Positions 26,410-39,100 of a DNA stretch of 64,000 nt are shown here, one piece after another. Source of the DNA: Azolla caroliniana (taxonomy: Eukaryota; Plantae; Polypodiophyta); assembly GCA_043228905.1 (NCBI GenBank), contig JBHGNT010000001.1, positions 15,314,001 to 15,378,000 of the forward strand, given 5' to 3'. A program made the position numbers and the translations under genes. Each line of letters begins with the position of its first letter. Position 1 is the stretch's first letter. Below the pieces are notes generated by a model. It was given only the letters and a program-made list of their open reading frames with translations, did no database searches and had not been told where the DNA came from.

Positions 26410-26985
26410 ATGGCTACTAGTGTCATGTCCAAGCCGATGGCTATGGGTTGCCTTGTCCTGGCCGTGCTGCTGCTGCCGATGTTTATAATGTGCACCGGGG
26501 TGGCTGCTCGGTCGCCTCCTCAAGGTCCCGACAATTTCACGTTCTACACTCACAACCGTGTGTACGACCCTGCCGTCAACAACTCCATCTTCGACTCCGT
26601 GTACAGTGCCGGACCCTTCAACTTCAGCCAGCCCAACCCGTACAGCTTCGGCGTTCGTGCCACGTTCGAGATGCCAATCACTGCCGACCCATCACCGGCT
26701 TCGCAGCCGATCGGCGTGGCACAAGGTGCTTGGATCCTCGACTCCCAGAAGGGTTATGTCCTCATGCACATCTTTACGGCCACCATCACGTCGGGACCCC
26801 ACACGGGATCCATAGCCATCATGGGCCAGTTGGAGGAGGCTGCATCGACCCGTAACCTGGCAGTGGTCGGCGGCACTGGCGACTTCCTGGCAGCACGTGG
26901 TGCTGCGGTGAACAAGGTTGTGGCCATCGACCGCACCCCGCCCGCCCACTGGACCCTCTCCTTTGTCCTCGACCTCTACTACTAA
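26410..26985 (+). CDS. DIR: Dirigent-like protein 3 (secreted, intronless, 191 aa)
   Basis: Signal peptide; FYTHN, FGVRATFEMPIT, IGVAQG, RNLAVVGGTGDFLAARG, LSFVLDLYY. Confidence 0.92.
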   Translation: MATSVMSKPMAMGCLVLAVLLLPMFIMCTGVAARSPPQGPDNFTFYTHNRVYDPAVNNSIFDSVYSAGPFNFSQPNPYSFGVRATFEMPITADPSPASQPIGVAQGAWILDSQKGYVLMHIFTATITSGPHTGSIAIMGQLEEAASTRNLAVVGGTGDFLAARGAAVNKVVAIDRTPPAHWTLSFVLDLYY

Positions 26986-28160
26986 CTATGGGGTTGGCTC
27001 AACACAATGTGTTGTCTGATCATATTGTAAATGAATGAAACCATGGACGTAGCTACAAAATAGCTTCTAAACTTTAATCAGGAATTATAGTTTTATTTCA
27101 TCATATGTATCCACCATCTTGCTATAATTTCTCTATGCACAAATAATACCATTATAATGATCTCTTCATGCTCTTGATGATCTCGAAACAACGAAAATGT
27201 TGATTGGTGCATCTGGAACTAACAGACTGATGGGCCATAAGCAGTGGTGTTCCCAGTTTACCGAAGCGTGAATACATGTTAGTCTGTAAGCCCTTAGTTT
27301 TCAATCTATCCCGTAATAGGACATGCTTTGTTGTTTCACTTTTAGCTTTTCTTACATCTCATATTAAACCATTAGACATAGTGCTCTGGCCATGCTTCCT
27401 CGTATTTGCTGTAAACCATCCATCTACTCGTTTATCTTAATGTTTCCTTGTACATAGTATAGCAAAGAGACTGAAACGTAGCTGATTTTTCTAGATGCAA
27501 CTCTGGAATGCAGCGGTCCAGATTCAATGCATATACTATTCTAGTCTTTGCAAGACAAGCATACTAATTTGTAGACTCTCTTTTGACCCTCTTGTCACAC
27601 ACATACACAAAGAAGGAGAGCAAGGGATTTCTCTCCCTATCTCCTTTTTTAAGTAAATAATGTTTTTGATTACGAAATAGAAGTACCAAACCATGGTCAT
27701 AAAATAGACCCAATATTAGAACTCTAGGAATCCAAATACTATGAAACCAGATGATGAATATGATTCATGTCATCTTGCAAAGTTGGCTCTTTTCATGGTT
27801 TAGATTTTCCAAATGAAAAAACAATATGACTCTTCTATTTAAACAAAATAATTAGTGATCCCAAAAACTCCTTATTGTTCTTCTATCTTAGCAACTTCAT
27901 CATCAACAAGCTCCTCAACAACTTTCACATTCTCCTTTTTAAAATCCTCCATTAGAACATTTATCATGAATTAGGTCAAATGTGCCTAATGACCATCATC
28001 CTTCATCTCGCATAACATAAACATAAGATATCATTATTATTATCACTTGTAATGTACTCTTAAATTTTATAATCTCCTCTTGAACTTGCTATTAACTACG
28101 TATGCATCCCTTGGAAAGGAATTTTGAGAGAGATCCATATGTATTGTTGGTGGCTCCATT

Positions 28161-28361
28161 TGAATGCGCGGGGAGAGAGGGGGAGAGAGAGAGAATGAGG
28201 GAGAAAATCGAGACAAACACAAGTTGAGGGTTAACTTCACAATATTTATTAACGGCTCCACCCCTCTCCCAAGGGGGTTTGAATGTCCGAGGAGAGAGGG
28301 AGAGAAAGAATGAGAGGGAAAATCGAGACAAACACAAGTTGAGGGGAATCTTCACAATATT
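28161..28361. repeat. ~119-bp-offset tandem duplication (LTR-like sequence)
   Basis: tgaatg...gagagaatgag...aaaatcgagacaaacacaagttgaggg..a.cttcacaatattt starts at 28161 and again at 28280. Confidence 0.75.
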
Positions 28362-28541
28362 TCTTCTTATTTTCATGCCTCATGGGTGGGGTTTAAATAG
28401 TACAAGATCTAATCAAGACAATACAAAAAAGCCAAATGGGGGTAGTTACACTTACTTAGCCCGATCTCTCACATTTGTACACATGCACATAAAAAGCCAA
28501 GTGTGCATGCGTACACACACACACTCTCTCTCTCTCTCTCT

Positions 28542-31500
28542 TTCAAAGCTCTCTGTAAGTTCACTCCGGCCATCGTTTTCTATGTTCTATAGCTCGTTGG
28601 AAAGCTCTTTGAGAGAGCTTTCTAAAGAATGTTCATTTACTGAATTCCGTTACGGTGACGAGAAGTTATGAGCATTTTCATCTGCAGCCATCTTTGCCCC
28701 ACGGTTCCTCAAACGGAAGGTAGATTTGGAAGCCCTAAATCGAGTGAAAGGTACATTCTCTCTCCTTCCCTCTTTGTCTCTCTTTTCCCGTAGGGTTTTT
28801 CCCTACAATGGCAAATACTCGTAAAACCACCGCAAAGTTCGGGGGTATGATTGATAATGAGCCGAGATCACCAACAAATCTTGATTCTAATGCAATGGAC
28901 AAAATGCTTATGAGTCACTTGATTTTTCTTCAAGAAACCATAAACAAGCAAGGTGAAGAGATTAGGATGTTAACGAAAGAGAATACTAAGCTCCAAAGTG
29001 TTGTCATTGAGAATGAAAGTCTTAAATAAGTGGTTGCAAAACTTCAAGAAGAGATTCAAGAATGTAAAAGAGCTTCATTTGAAACAAATGAGCGCCTTAA
29101 CAAGATTGAGTTAAAGGAAGCATTAAAAGAAGAAAAATTGGACACGATGAGGCGGGATGTAAGTGAGATGAAAAATGTATGTACAACGAAGTCATGGGCC
29201 GATGTATGTGGTGGGGATGTGTTATCAAACTCATCCAATGTGCATGTGATGCATCAAGAGAATAATATAGATGTGCCTAAAGATGGAAATGTAGGCAAAT
29301 AGGGACACGTGATCTATGAGACTAACCCACGCCTTTTACGACTATGCTTTTGGAATTGCAATGGATACCCATGGAATGCGGGACTTGGCATAGAGGAGTT
29401 CACCGATGACTCGGATATCACACTTCTTGTTGAAACATGGGAGCATGATACTCAAAGGATTCAAGGTTTAGGAAACTATAATGTACACTCTTTGATATGG
29501 AAGAAAAATCCAAGACAAAGAAGAGGACAAGGAGGGGTGACATGTTTGATTAAGAAGGAAATAGAGAAATATGTGTCAATCATAAAAAATGATGAAAATA
29601 AATGCTACATAGGGCTCAAAATAGAAACACCTAATGATTTGCCCACTTTTGTAGTTGGATGTTACATTCCTCATCAAGATTCTAACTTTTATGCTTGTTT
29701 GGATAAAGATCAACCGTTTGCCAATCTAGAAGATGATATTGCTTATTTCAAATCCAAAGGGGAAGTTATTGTCTTTGGTGACATGAATGCTCGTACAAGA
29801 AGTTTCCAACTTGATTCACAAGAATCTTTCATGCCACATATCTCAAGGATGCAAGAGGATATGCAAATGTATAACCGCTCTTCTAGCGATGAAAAAGATC
29901 CAAACCAATTTGGGAAGTTACTCCTACAAATGTGAAATAGTACCAGATTGCTTATTGCAAATGGTATTTCCTTATGGCTCAACACTAATGCTTTTACATG
30001 TAGAAAACACAACGGAAATAGTGTGATTGATTATGTGCTACTTTCTGAAGGTATTTTGGATTGTATACATAAATTCTCACTTGGTGAATGGACACCGGAA
30101 TCCGATCATAGGCCTTTATGTATTGATCTCAAATGTATGCATAGGTTTGATTGTGAGAAGGCTATTGAAAATAATAAACAACCGCACTTGAGCATGAACC
30201 TTAAGCGAGCACCCATGTATTCCAAGATGGTTGAGGATATGTTACAAATGACAAAGATACAACATGGTGTCACACTAGAATGCAAATGGGAAGCTTTCAA
30301 GAAAGTCATTCTCTCATGTACAAACAAATGTTTTTCGACCAACCGCACATCTTGAAAATGCACCAAGAAACTTAGGAAAAAATGGTTTGATAAAGAATGT
30401 CATGAAGCTCGAAAGTGCCTTATGGTTTTGGATGTAGTTAAGGATAAAGAGAATTACCAAAAGCATTTGCATGAGTATAAAAGGCTTATTCAAAGAAAGA
30501 GAAGAATATGGGAAGTTACTCAACAATTTATCCAAACGCAAGAGAAAGTACATGCATGTGGTAAATTTTGGGGAAATCTAAAGGGAAAACGTGTTGAGAG
30601 TTATCGTGACTTAACTCTTCACGACTTGTCTATGCATTGTAAGAATTTATATGAGTTATCTCTTGCCGGAAAGATGATGTGTTATGGTTCTCTTTCACAT
30701 ATGCCTCCCTTCTTTACATTTGAAGATATATGCATAGAACTTAAGAAATTGGCCTCTCGAAAGGCAAGCGATCTTCAATGTATAAAGGTTGAAATGCTCA
30801 AATGGACGGGAAAGGAAGCACATATATGGATAAGCGATATGTTTAATGATGCATTGCAACATGGTATGTCGTACGATTGGACTACAAATTGGATCAAACC
30901 TTTACATAAAGGTGGAGATATAAATAATGTAAACAACTATCGAACCATCATGATTGGCTCATTAATGGCAAAAATATTTGGATGTATAATGGAATCAAAG
31001 ATAAGTGTATGGGCTGAAAAAAGTGGTAACAGAGCTTATGGACAAGCTGGCTTTCGGAAACACTATAGCACCATTGATCACCTTATCACCCTTCGAGTAT
31101 TAATGGAGGAAAGTCGTCTTAGAGGTAAACGTTTATATTGTTGCTTTGTAGACTTCAAGAAAGCTTTTGATATGGTACCTCGTGAGCATCTTTGGAGGTG
31201 AATGGAAGAACTTGAGGTGCCAAGTGAATATATGCTTGCAATTTCCCGAATTTATGAGAAGGTTATATGTTGTGTGCGCATGAGAGATAAACTTTCAGAT
31301 TTTTTCAAAAGCACTATTGGTGTTAAGCAAGGATGCCCACTCTCACCAGCACTATTTGGTCTATGCATTGATGAATTGGAAGAAATGGTAACCAAGTTTG
31401 CAAAGGAAGAATGTGTTGCAGAAGTTGCCATTGGGAATGTTGTGATTATGCTTTTGCTATATGCGGATGATGTAGTGCTTTTTGCAAATACTTTAGGAGA

Positions 31501-32764
31501 TGCACAAAAGCTTATGAAGGCATTGGAAAAAATTTGCATGCATACTAAATTAAGTGTCAATAGCTCTAAAACAAAGATTATGCTTGTAAAGAGACAAAAA
31601 AGAGATAAACCATGCATTATGTACAACAATGAGCCACTTGAATGTGTGGAAAGCTTCAAATATCTTGGCCTTGAAGTTCCTTCAAATCATAGATGGAATG
31701 AATGTGCTACACACCGCTTAGAGGCAGACAAACGAGCATATTATGCATTTGAGAACACATGCAATCTTGGAGATATTAAGTGTTGGGTCCTCAAGAAATA
31801 TCTTTTCGACACTTTGGTGACACCAGTTCTTCTCTATGGGGTGGAAGTATGGGGCGGTAGCATCCCTAAATCTATGTGGAAAGAGTTTGAAAATGTCCAA
31901 ATGCATTTTCTTACCAAGTTTCTATATGTTAAGAAACAAACGCCCTACACCCTCCTCCTTGAGACGGGATCACTTCCCATTGAGATCATGGCCATGGAAA
32001 GGGTTGTTGAATACATGCTTAAGGTTCAAAAAAGTCCCTCACATCGACTTCCTAGATTGCGTGGGAAGCAAGCAAAAAGATCCAAAAGACGCATAAAAGC
32101 AAATTTTTGTGTTCCGGTTGGATGCAAGATATAGAAAAATGGTTTGGTAGATGGGATGCGAGACACTTGCTTCATGATGCATCATTAGATTCCTCTGTAA
32201 ATGAGGCATTTTTGCAACGCCAATGTATCATGACATGGGACAAATGTGGAGGCTCACGCTTCACACATTATACTACACATGTTGCACCTAACTACAAAAC
32301 CATATTCTTTGCGGAACGGGGAAATCGTACACATCCATACATGTTAGAGCCCATACTGTTATCTGCCATTCGAACCATTGCTTCCATGCGACTTAGCTCA
32401 CATGCATTGCGATGTGAAACAGGGCGTTGGGGTACAAGTGATGAGAGTGGTCGGCTATGCACACTTTGCCCTAAACAAGTTCGCGAGTCTGAGTATCACA
32501 CTTTGATACAATGCTCTACCTTTGATCATATTCGACCATGCTTTCCACATCTCTTCGATCGAGCCCAATCTTTGCATGAATTCCTCTCACAACCACAATG
32601 TGCACTCTCGATTGCAACATTCATTGGTAAAGTTCTTGAACATCGAGAGTCACTACTCACTTTCACACGTATCACGTGAAATGTAATATTTTTGGTCTCA
32701 TAGGTCATATTTGATCTCTGAAGACGATAATATAATCTATCTCTCTCTCTCTCTCTCTCTCTCT
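28542..32764 (+). mobile_element. Near full-length non-LTR retrotransposon (APE-RT LINE, RTEX/RTE-like), pseudogenised
   Basis: Coiled-coil N-terminal region (28808-29302). APE motifs FWNCNG, LVETW, GDMNAR, VIDY, SDH; linker WFDKEC. RT motifs NYRTI, QAGFR, FVDFKKAFD, GVKQGCPLSP, YADD, KYLG. C-terminal RLSSHALRCETGR..CTLC..EYH...C knuckle. (CT)n at both ends. The clade assignment is tentative. Confidence 0.92.
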
Positions 32765-33289
32765 TCCTCACACATTACACATTTCATGTCTACACATTAC
32801 ACCTTATACATTACAATTTAACCCTCCCGTACACCTATACGGGTAACACTTGGCATGCTTGTGGGACACTACATTGCAGGCTGAACCCACATGCCCATGC
32901 CAAAAACTTGTCGATCGAAACTCCATCGATCGTCTCTTCTCTCATCGATTAGAAATCCCTCAACCGGATCATTGCTCTACGATCAGAGCTTGCTTGACAT
33001 GAACCTTGTCGTTCAGTCAGCACATCTCACAATTGGATCACACCAATTGGCTCGTCCACTTTGGTAAAGTCTTTTAGGTTTAAAAATGATTTTGGGTGTA
33101 TGTGGATTTTATTTATTTATTTTTCTTCATTGTGAGTGGTGATGAGTTTTTGTACCCTCGAATTTCTGAAATTCTATTTCATACCCCTCAGTTCTTGAAA
33201 TTTTAGTGATTGCCCTTATGAAATTTAGGCACATGCCCTCCTATTTTCGAAATCCTAATGGGTGCCCTTGGCTTTTTGAAATTTTGTCG

Positions 33290-34100
33290 CTATACCCCTC
33301 TTCTATTTCTTCTTTCCTTTTTTTGTTTTTTGGTCTTTTTCTCCTTCTTGCTTTCTTTCTCTAAGTGTATCTTCTTCATCGACGTCGATTCCTTCGTTCT
33401 CTTTTTGTATGTCTCACTTTCGTCGTTCCTTGTTTTCCTTTCGGTGTGCACGTAGCTTCTTGTTCCTTTTCTTCTTCTTCTTTCTCTCCTCTTTGTTTTC
33501 GTGGTTTTGCTTTTTTGTTCTTTCTTTCTTTCATTTGCTTCTCTTCCAATATGCCCTCTGTCCATTATGGTGGTGGTGGTGACCATTGTCTTCTTCCTCC
33601 TCTTTTCGTCTTTCTCCTTCTCCTTTTGCTTTGTTTTCTTCGTTTGATTTCTTATTCACTTCTTCTTGCTTTCTACTGCTCCCTCTTCTTTGTATTTCTC
33701 TATTTCTTCTTATTTTTGATGTCGTCTTCTTCCTTCTCACCTCGTTTGTCTTTTCCTTCTCCTTCTTCTGTTTCTTCTTTCTCTTTGTGTTTCTCCTCTT
33801 CCTCATTTTCTAGCTCTTCTTTTCTGGGACTTCTTGTGGTATTTCTCGGACTATCGGCCTCTCCGCCGACTATTGTTGTTGGTCGTTCCTATCTGGCTAT
33901 CGGCACTTTCCGCTAGCTATTCGGTTGGACAACGCTTGACCATCACTCGGCCACGTCTCGATTGATGCTCGACCGATTCTCGGATCTTGGCCTTCACTTT
34001 TAGTTGTCTCTCGGTCGTCACTCTCGGTCGACTCTTGACTCTTAGCCTTCACTTTCGATTGTCTCTTGGCCGACTCTTGACTCTCGGCCGTCACTCAGCT
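33290..34100. repeat. Pyrimidine-rich low-complexity tract followed by degenerate gactcttgactctcggcc repeats
   Basis: About 550 bp of T/C-rich sequence, then repeated ctcgg/gactctt motifs at 33880-34100; probably the non-coding part of another retroelement. Confidence 0.6.
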
Positions 34101-36144
34101 ATCTGGCTTTTTATGTGTCTGTTTCTGTTAGGATTGGAAACGGCCACAACCGGATGCTCGTATACATATTCGGGTGCAAAGAAACGAGCGAGATAGTGCA
34201 TATACAGAAAACGAGAAGGCAGAAAACACAAGTACAAAGACACAAATATTTTACGTGGAAAACCCGAAAAGGAAAAACCACAAGGAGTGTTAGAACTCCG
34301 AACAGATAAGTTATTTTCTTTCTCTCAGGGGATATCTTCGGGTTCCATTCGATACGATAAGTTATTTTTCGACTTCTTAAGGCGAGTAAATTTGGTTCCT
34401 CGTTCGACCGGTTCTCCTTGTTCTTCAATCGGTTCTCGATTTTGCTGAGTATTAAATCGGCCGACTGGCTCAGATTCGCTTTTGATCGAGTCGACTTCTA
34501 CTCGATTCGGCCAAGCATCGACTCGACTCGATTCGGTAATTGGAGACTTATTCTCAATCTCCCAATCGAGAATCGTCTTCTCTTCCATGAAGACGATGTC
34601 TCGGCTCCTAATAACCTTCTTCTCGGCTAATTCCCATAGTCGATAGCCGAATTCATCGTTGTCGTAGCCGAGAAATATACATGGCCGAGATTTCGGGTCC
34701 AGCTTCCCCCTCTGGTCCTTTGCAACATGCACATAGGCAAGACAGTCGAACACCCTCAAGTGTCGGTATGAAACGTCTTTGCCGCTCCACACGCTTTGTG
34801 GAATATCACCGTCCAAAGGTACTGAGGGTGATCGGTTTATCACATACGTCGTCGTCATCAACACCTCAGCACAGAACATCTTCAGTAACTTTGCATGTGC
34901 AAACATACTTCCGACCCTCTCCATTACGGTCTAAGTCATTCTCTCGGCTAGCCTGTTAAGCTTTGGGGTCTTCGGCACGATATACTCAAGCCGGATTCAT
35001 TGCGTTCAGTAGTATTCCTCGAACTGCCCTCGATATTCACTGCCATTATCGGCTTGAACAACTTTCAGCTTTCAGCCGGTTTCTCTTTCGGCCCTCGCTT
35101 GGAACTCTTTGAAGACGACTAACACCTAGTCCTTTGTCTTCAACATGGAAGCCCACAACTTCCGGCTACAGTCATCTATGAAGGTCACGAAACACTGTGA
35201 ACCACCATGAGACTTTGTGTCCACCTAGCATACATTGGTATGCATGAGTTCCAACGATATCTTATTCCTCATCAGGGGATGCAATCGGAAGGAGGTTCGG
35301 TTTTGCTTGTTGGCCAAGCAATCGGCACATTTGTCCAGATGCACTTTTTTCATCTCTGGTAGGAGTTCTTTTTCGTCTAGCATCTGCATTCCCTTTTGGC
35401 TCATGTGTCACAGCCTCTTACGCCACAACTCACCGGTTGTGTCGGCTGCCACATTTACCTCATTCCGGCTAATCGAGCATGCATTATGTACAGTGTGCTA
35501 GTTTTCCAGGCTGGAGCCACGGTCAGGCTCCCCTCGTAGAACTTCATGACGTCGTTATGGATGCTACCCAGGTAGCCCTCGTCATCTAGCAGACCAGTTG
35601 ATATCAGATTCAATCTAACTTCTGGAACGTGTCGAACATCTCTCGGCACTAGTCTGCACCCGGTCGATGTCATCAAACACACATCTCTTGCATTGACGAT
35701 TCAACATGCTCCTTCATTTTTCATTTTTACAAAGACCATGGTCTTCAGCCTTGTATAATGAGAAGCACTTTCGGTTGGGGGTTAGGAGAAACGACGCACA
35801 CAAATCAACCATCCATGTCGATTCTTCGCCAACGAGATTGACCTCACTTTGTTCACTAATGAACAACAACTCCTCTTCACTCACGACGATTGCTGAGGTG
35901 TTCATTCAGTCCGGGATTTTCTTCAGCTCTACACCATCAACTCCCCCTTTCTCTTTTCGAAAGTGTCAGCAATTTTTCTGGAAGTGCCCCGACTTCCCAC
36001 AATACGAGCACATGGGCCTTCCCCTCAACTTCGACCTTGTCCCCAACTTATCTCGATTCTAGGGACTTCGATTTCAGCTTCTTCCTCGATTTGTGTCACT
36101 TTTCGTGACTAAAGCCTATGGGTTGGCAATGGACTCTTAGTCCT

Positions 36145-39100
36145 TGTCAACGATTACTTGCGGAAGCGCTAGAAAAAAGTGAAATTAGGGAATACACAGA
36201 GTACACAGGAGAGACAGAGAGAGCAGAGCCTCAAAGCTATATTCAAAAATATATAAAACACTCTATTTTTTACAAATGTGCTCAGTAGCACTATTTATAC
36301 AAGTCCTCGTGGGACTGACACAAGTACCGCGTACTTAAATGCTCACACGAGCTTCTGACACTTACTGCGAGACTATAATTGCCTAGTAGTCTACACTAAT
36401 ATTAGGCTCCCGGTTACTGGTTGGATCCGGCTAACCAGCTCCCCAACTCATCGGCTCTGTTGCTTGCCGGCTCAGCTTATTCAGCTGATCCGGCTCCAGT
36501 TGAGCTTGCTGCTCAACACTCCCCCTCAAGCTCAACTTGAGGTTGGCTCTTAGTGTTAGTCTCTGTGGCAGCCGGTTCTTCCAACTAACCTGTCCTGGCG
36601 TCGCTTCGCCTTGCTCACGCTCCTCCTCCGGTCCGGTTCTATTTGCCGCGACCGCTCTTGTTCTGCGCGCCTTGACCTTCTTGGTCGGTAGGTCTGCTCA
36701 ATAGGCCCCTCTCAGCTCCTTCGCTGCTATGACTCCAGCGCTTATCGATCCGTCGGTTTCTTCGCGATGGCATCGACTTCCGTTGCATCCGTGTCTGATT
36801 GTCCTTGAATTGATCCGGTTCTTCCGAATCTATCTTTTGAACCGAATCAACTGTCTCCGATTCGTTCCAGCTCTTGTCTGAATCGGTTGCTCCCAATTCG
36901 TCTTCTGATTTCAAGCCCTTCACCACATCGGACCATGTCCAGGTCTTGGCCTAACCCTTTTGCTCTTGAGCATAGCCGACTAGGATGCATTTTTCCAATT
37001 TTGCGTCCAGCTTCCTCCGCTTCTCATCCGGTACATGCACATATGCAATGCTACCGAAGATCTTAAGGTGTCTCAAATTCGGCTTGCACCCGAAATACAA
37101 CTCGTGAGCTGACACCGTGTCACCGATCCGGTTCTGGATGTAGACAGTCGTTTGGACTACCTCCACCCAGTAGAATTTGGGCATGCTCTTCTCCTCTCGG
37201 ATTGCCCTTGCTGCATCAATGAGCGACCAGTTCTTCCTCTCGGCAACATCGTTCTGTTGTGGTGTGTATCTGCAGTTGAACTCTCGCCGAATTCCTGTTT
37301 GCTGCAGATAACTGTTAAATTGGCCAGAAAAGTATTCTTTCCCGCCATCCGACCGCAGGCATTTGATCTTCCTCTCTGATTCCCGTTCCACCATGCTTTG
37401 GAGGCTCCGGAAACACTCGAAGACTTCACTCTTCCGCTCAATGAGGTAGATCCATGTGTGCCGCATATAGTCGTCGATGAAGGAGACGAAATATCAACTC
37501 CCGCCAAGACTAACATTCTGTGCCGGTCCCCACACATCTGAATGGATTAGGTCGAGCTTGTTACTGCTCCGATTATGTTTGGTAGGGGATGGAAGCCGGT
37601 GTTGCTTCCCGAGTTGGCAAGCTTCACATATTTGGGCCTTTTGGCCGCTGAACTTCGGCAAACCGAAAACAACTTTTTTCGTTTGTAGGTCTTGAAGCCT
37701 CCGGTAGTTGACGTGGCCTATCTGCTTGTGCCACAGGTTGATGTCTGATTCGACCTTCTGTCCTTTTGCAAACATAACAGTGCCGACGTCGTTGGTGTCG
37801 AGGGAATGGAAGCCGGTGTTGCTTCCCAAGTTGGCAGGCTTCACATATTTGGGCCTTCTGGCCGCTGAACTTCGGCAAACCGAAAACAACTTTTTTCGTT
37901 TATGGGTCTTGAAGCCTCCGGTAATTGACGTGGCCTATCCACTTGTGCCACAGGTCGATGTCTGATTCGACCTTCTGTCCTTTTGCAAACATAGCGGTGC
38001 TGACGCCGTTGGTGTCAAGGATAAACATCCTCCCGTCTCTGCGCCCTTGCGCAATAATTTGGCCCTCTTCCTCGATGAAGCACCCGAGGTGCGTAAACCG
38101 CACCTGCATCCCTTGGTCGACAATCTGTCCGACCGACACCAGGTTCTTCATTATTGTTGGAACGTGTAATACGTTCATCAGCTTCCCCTTTTTTCCAACG
38201 TGGCTCAAAGGGACTTCTCCGACGTGCACAATTGGGTGAGGAGTGTCATCTCCGGTTTCGACTACTCCTGGTTGATCCGGTTTCTCCAAGGAGAACCACT
38301 CTTTGTGGTTCGTCATGTGGTTCGACGCACCAGAATCAACATACCACACTTCCTCCAATTTGGAAGTGGTCTTCTTCATCGAGTTCGCCTCGTGCTTCAT
38401 CACCAAGATTGGCCCGTTACCGTTCTTGGATCCTCCTGATCCCTTCACGTAGTGCGAGCTTTGCCAGCCATCCTTGTCGGCCTTGCCGGATCCAGATTTG
38501 TCTGAATCGGTGTGCTTTCTCCAGCACTCGCTTTCTCTATGGCCCTTCTTGCCACAGTACCAGCATTCCGTTGCGGATTAGTCTTGCCGGCCTCCGGCAC
38601 CGCCTTGACTCCCCCTGCTTGTGGAAGTCCTGAAACTGTTGTCGGCACGTTCTCTGTGCCTTCGTTCTTGCTCTTGTCGGTCGCCTCCATTGCGTGCCGA
38701 CCTGCCTCGCCCACCACACCCACGGGACCAATCCGCCTTTGTATACAGCATCCGGTTGTCAGTGGGTGCGCTAGTTGACGCACCGACGTGGTTCTCCTAA
38801 AAAGGAGCATCGACTATACGTTGAAAAATGACGGCGTATTCTCCCTTGTACACACCGTCGTTCGGAACGCTTTGAACTTAGATGCCAAGCCCCCAAGACA
38901 GACTTGTACCATCTCGTCTTCCTCTACGGTAAAGTTGATAGAGGCAAGTGAGTCACAGATCTCTTTGATCCAGGCCGTGTAATCCACCACTTACATGTCC
39001 TTCAGTCGGACATTGCTCAACTCCTGTCGGAGTTGCAGCTTCCGGGCCATGGTGCTCGCGGTGAAGACCTTCTTCAGGTTTCCCCAAGCCTCCTTCGGCA

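Noticed and set aside
3019-26949. Alternative-frame and antisense ORFs overlapping the three dirigent genes
   Set aside because: Expected shadow ORFs of GC-rich coding sequence.
33258-33916. Long Phe/Leu/Ser-rich and Lys/Arg/Glu-rich ORFs on both strands
   Set aside because: By-products of a pyrimidine-rich low-complexity tract; no domain motifs.
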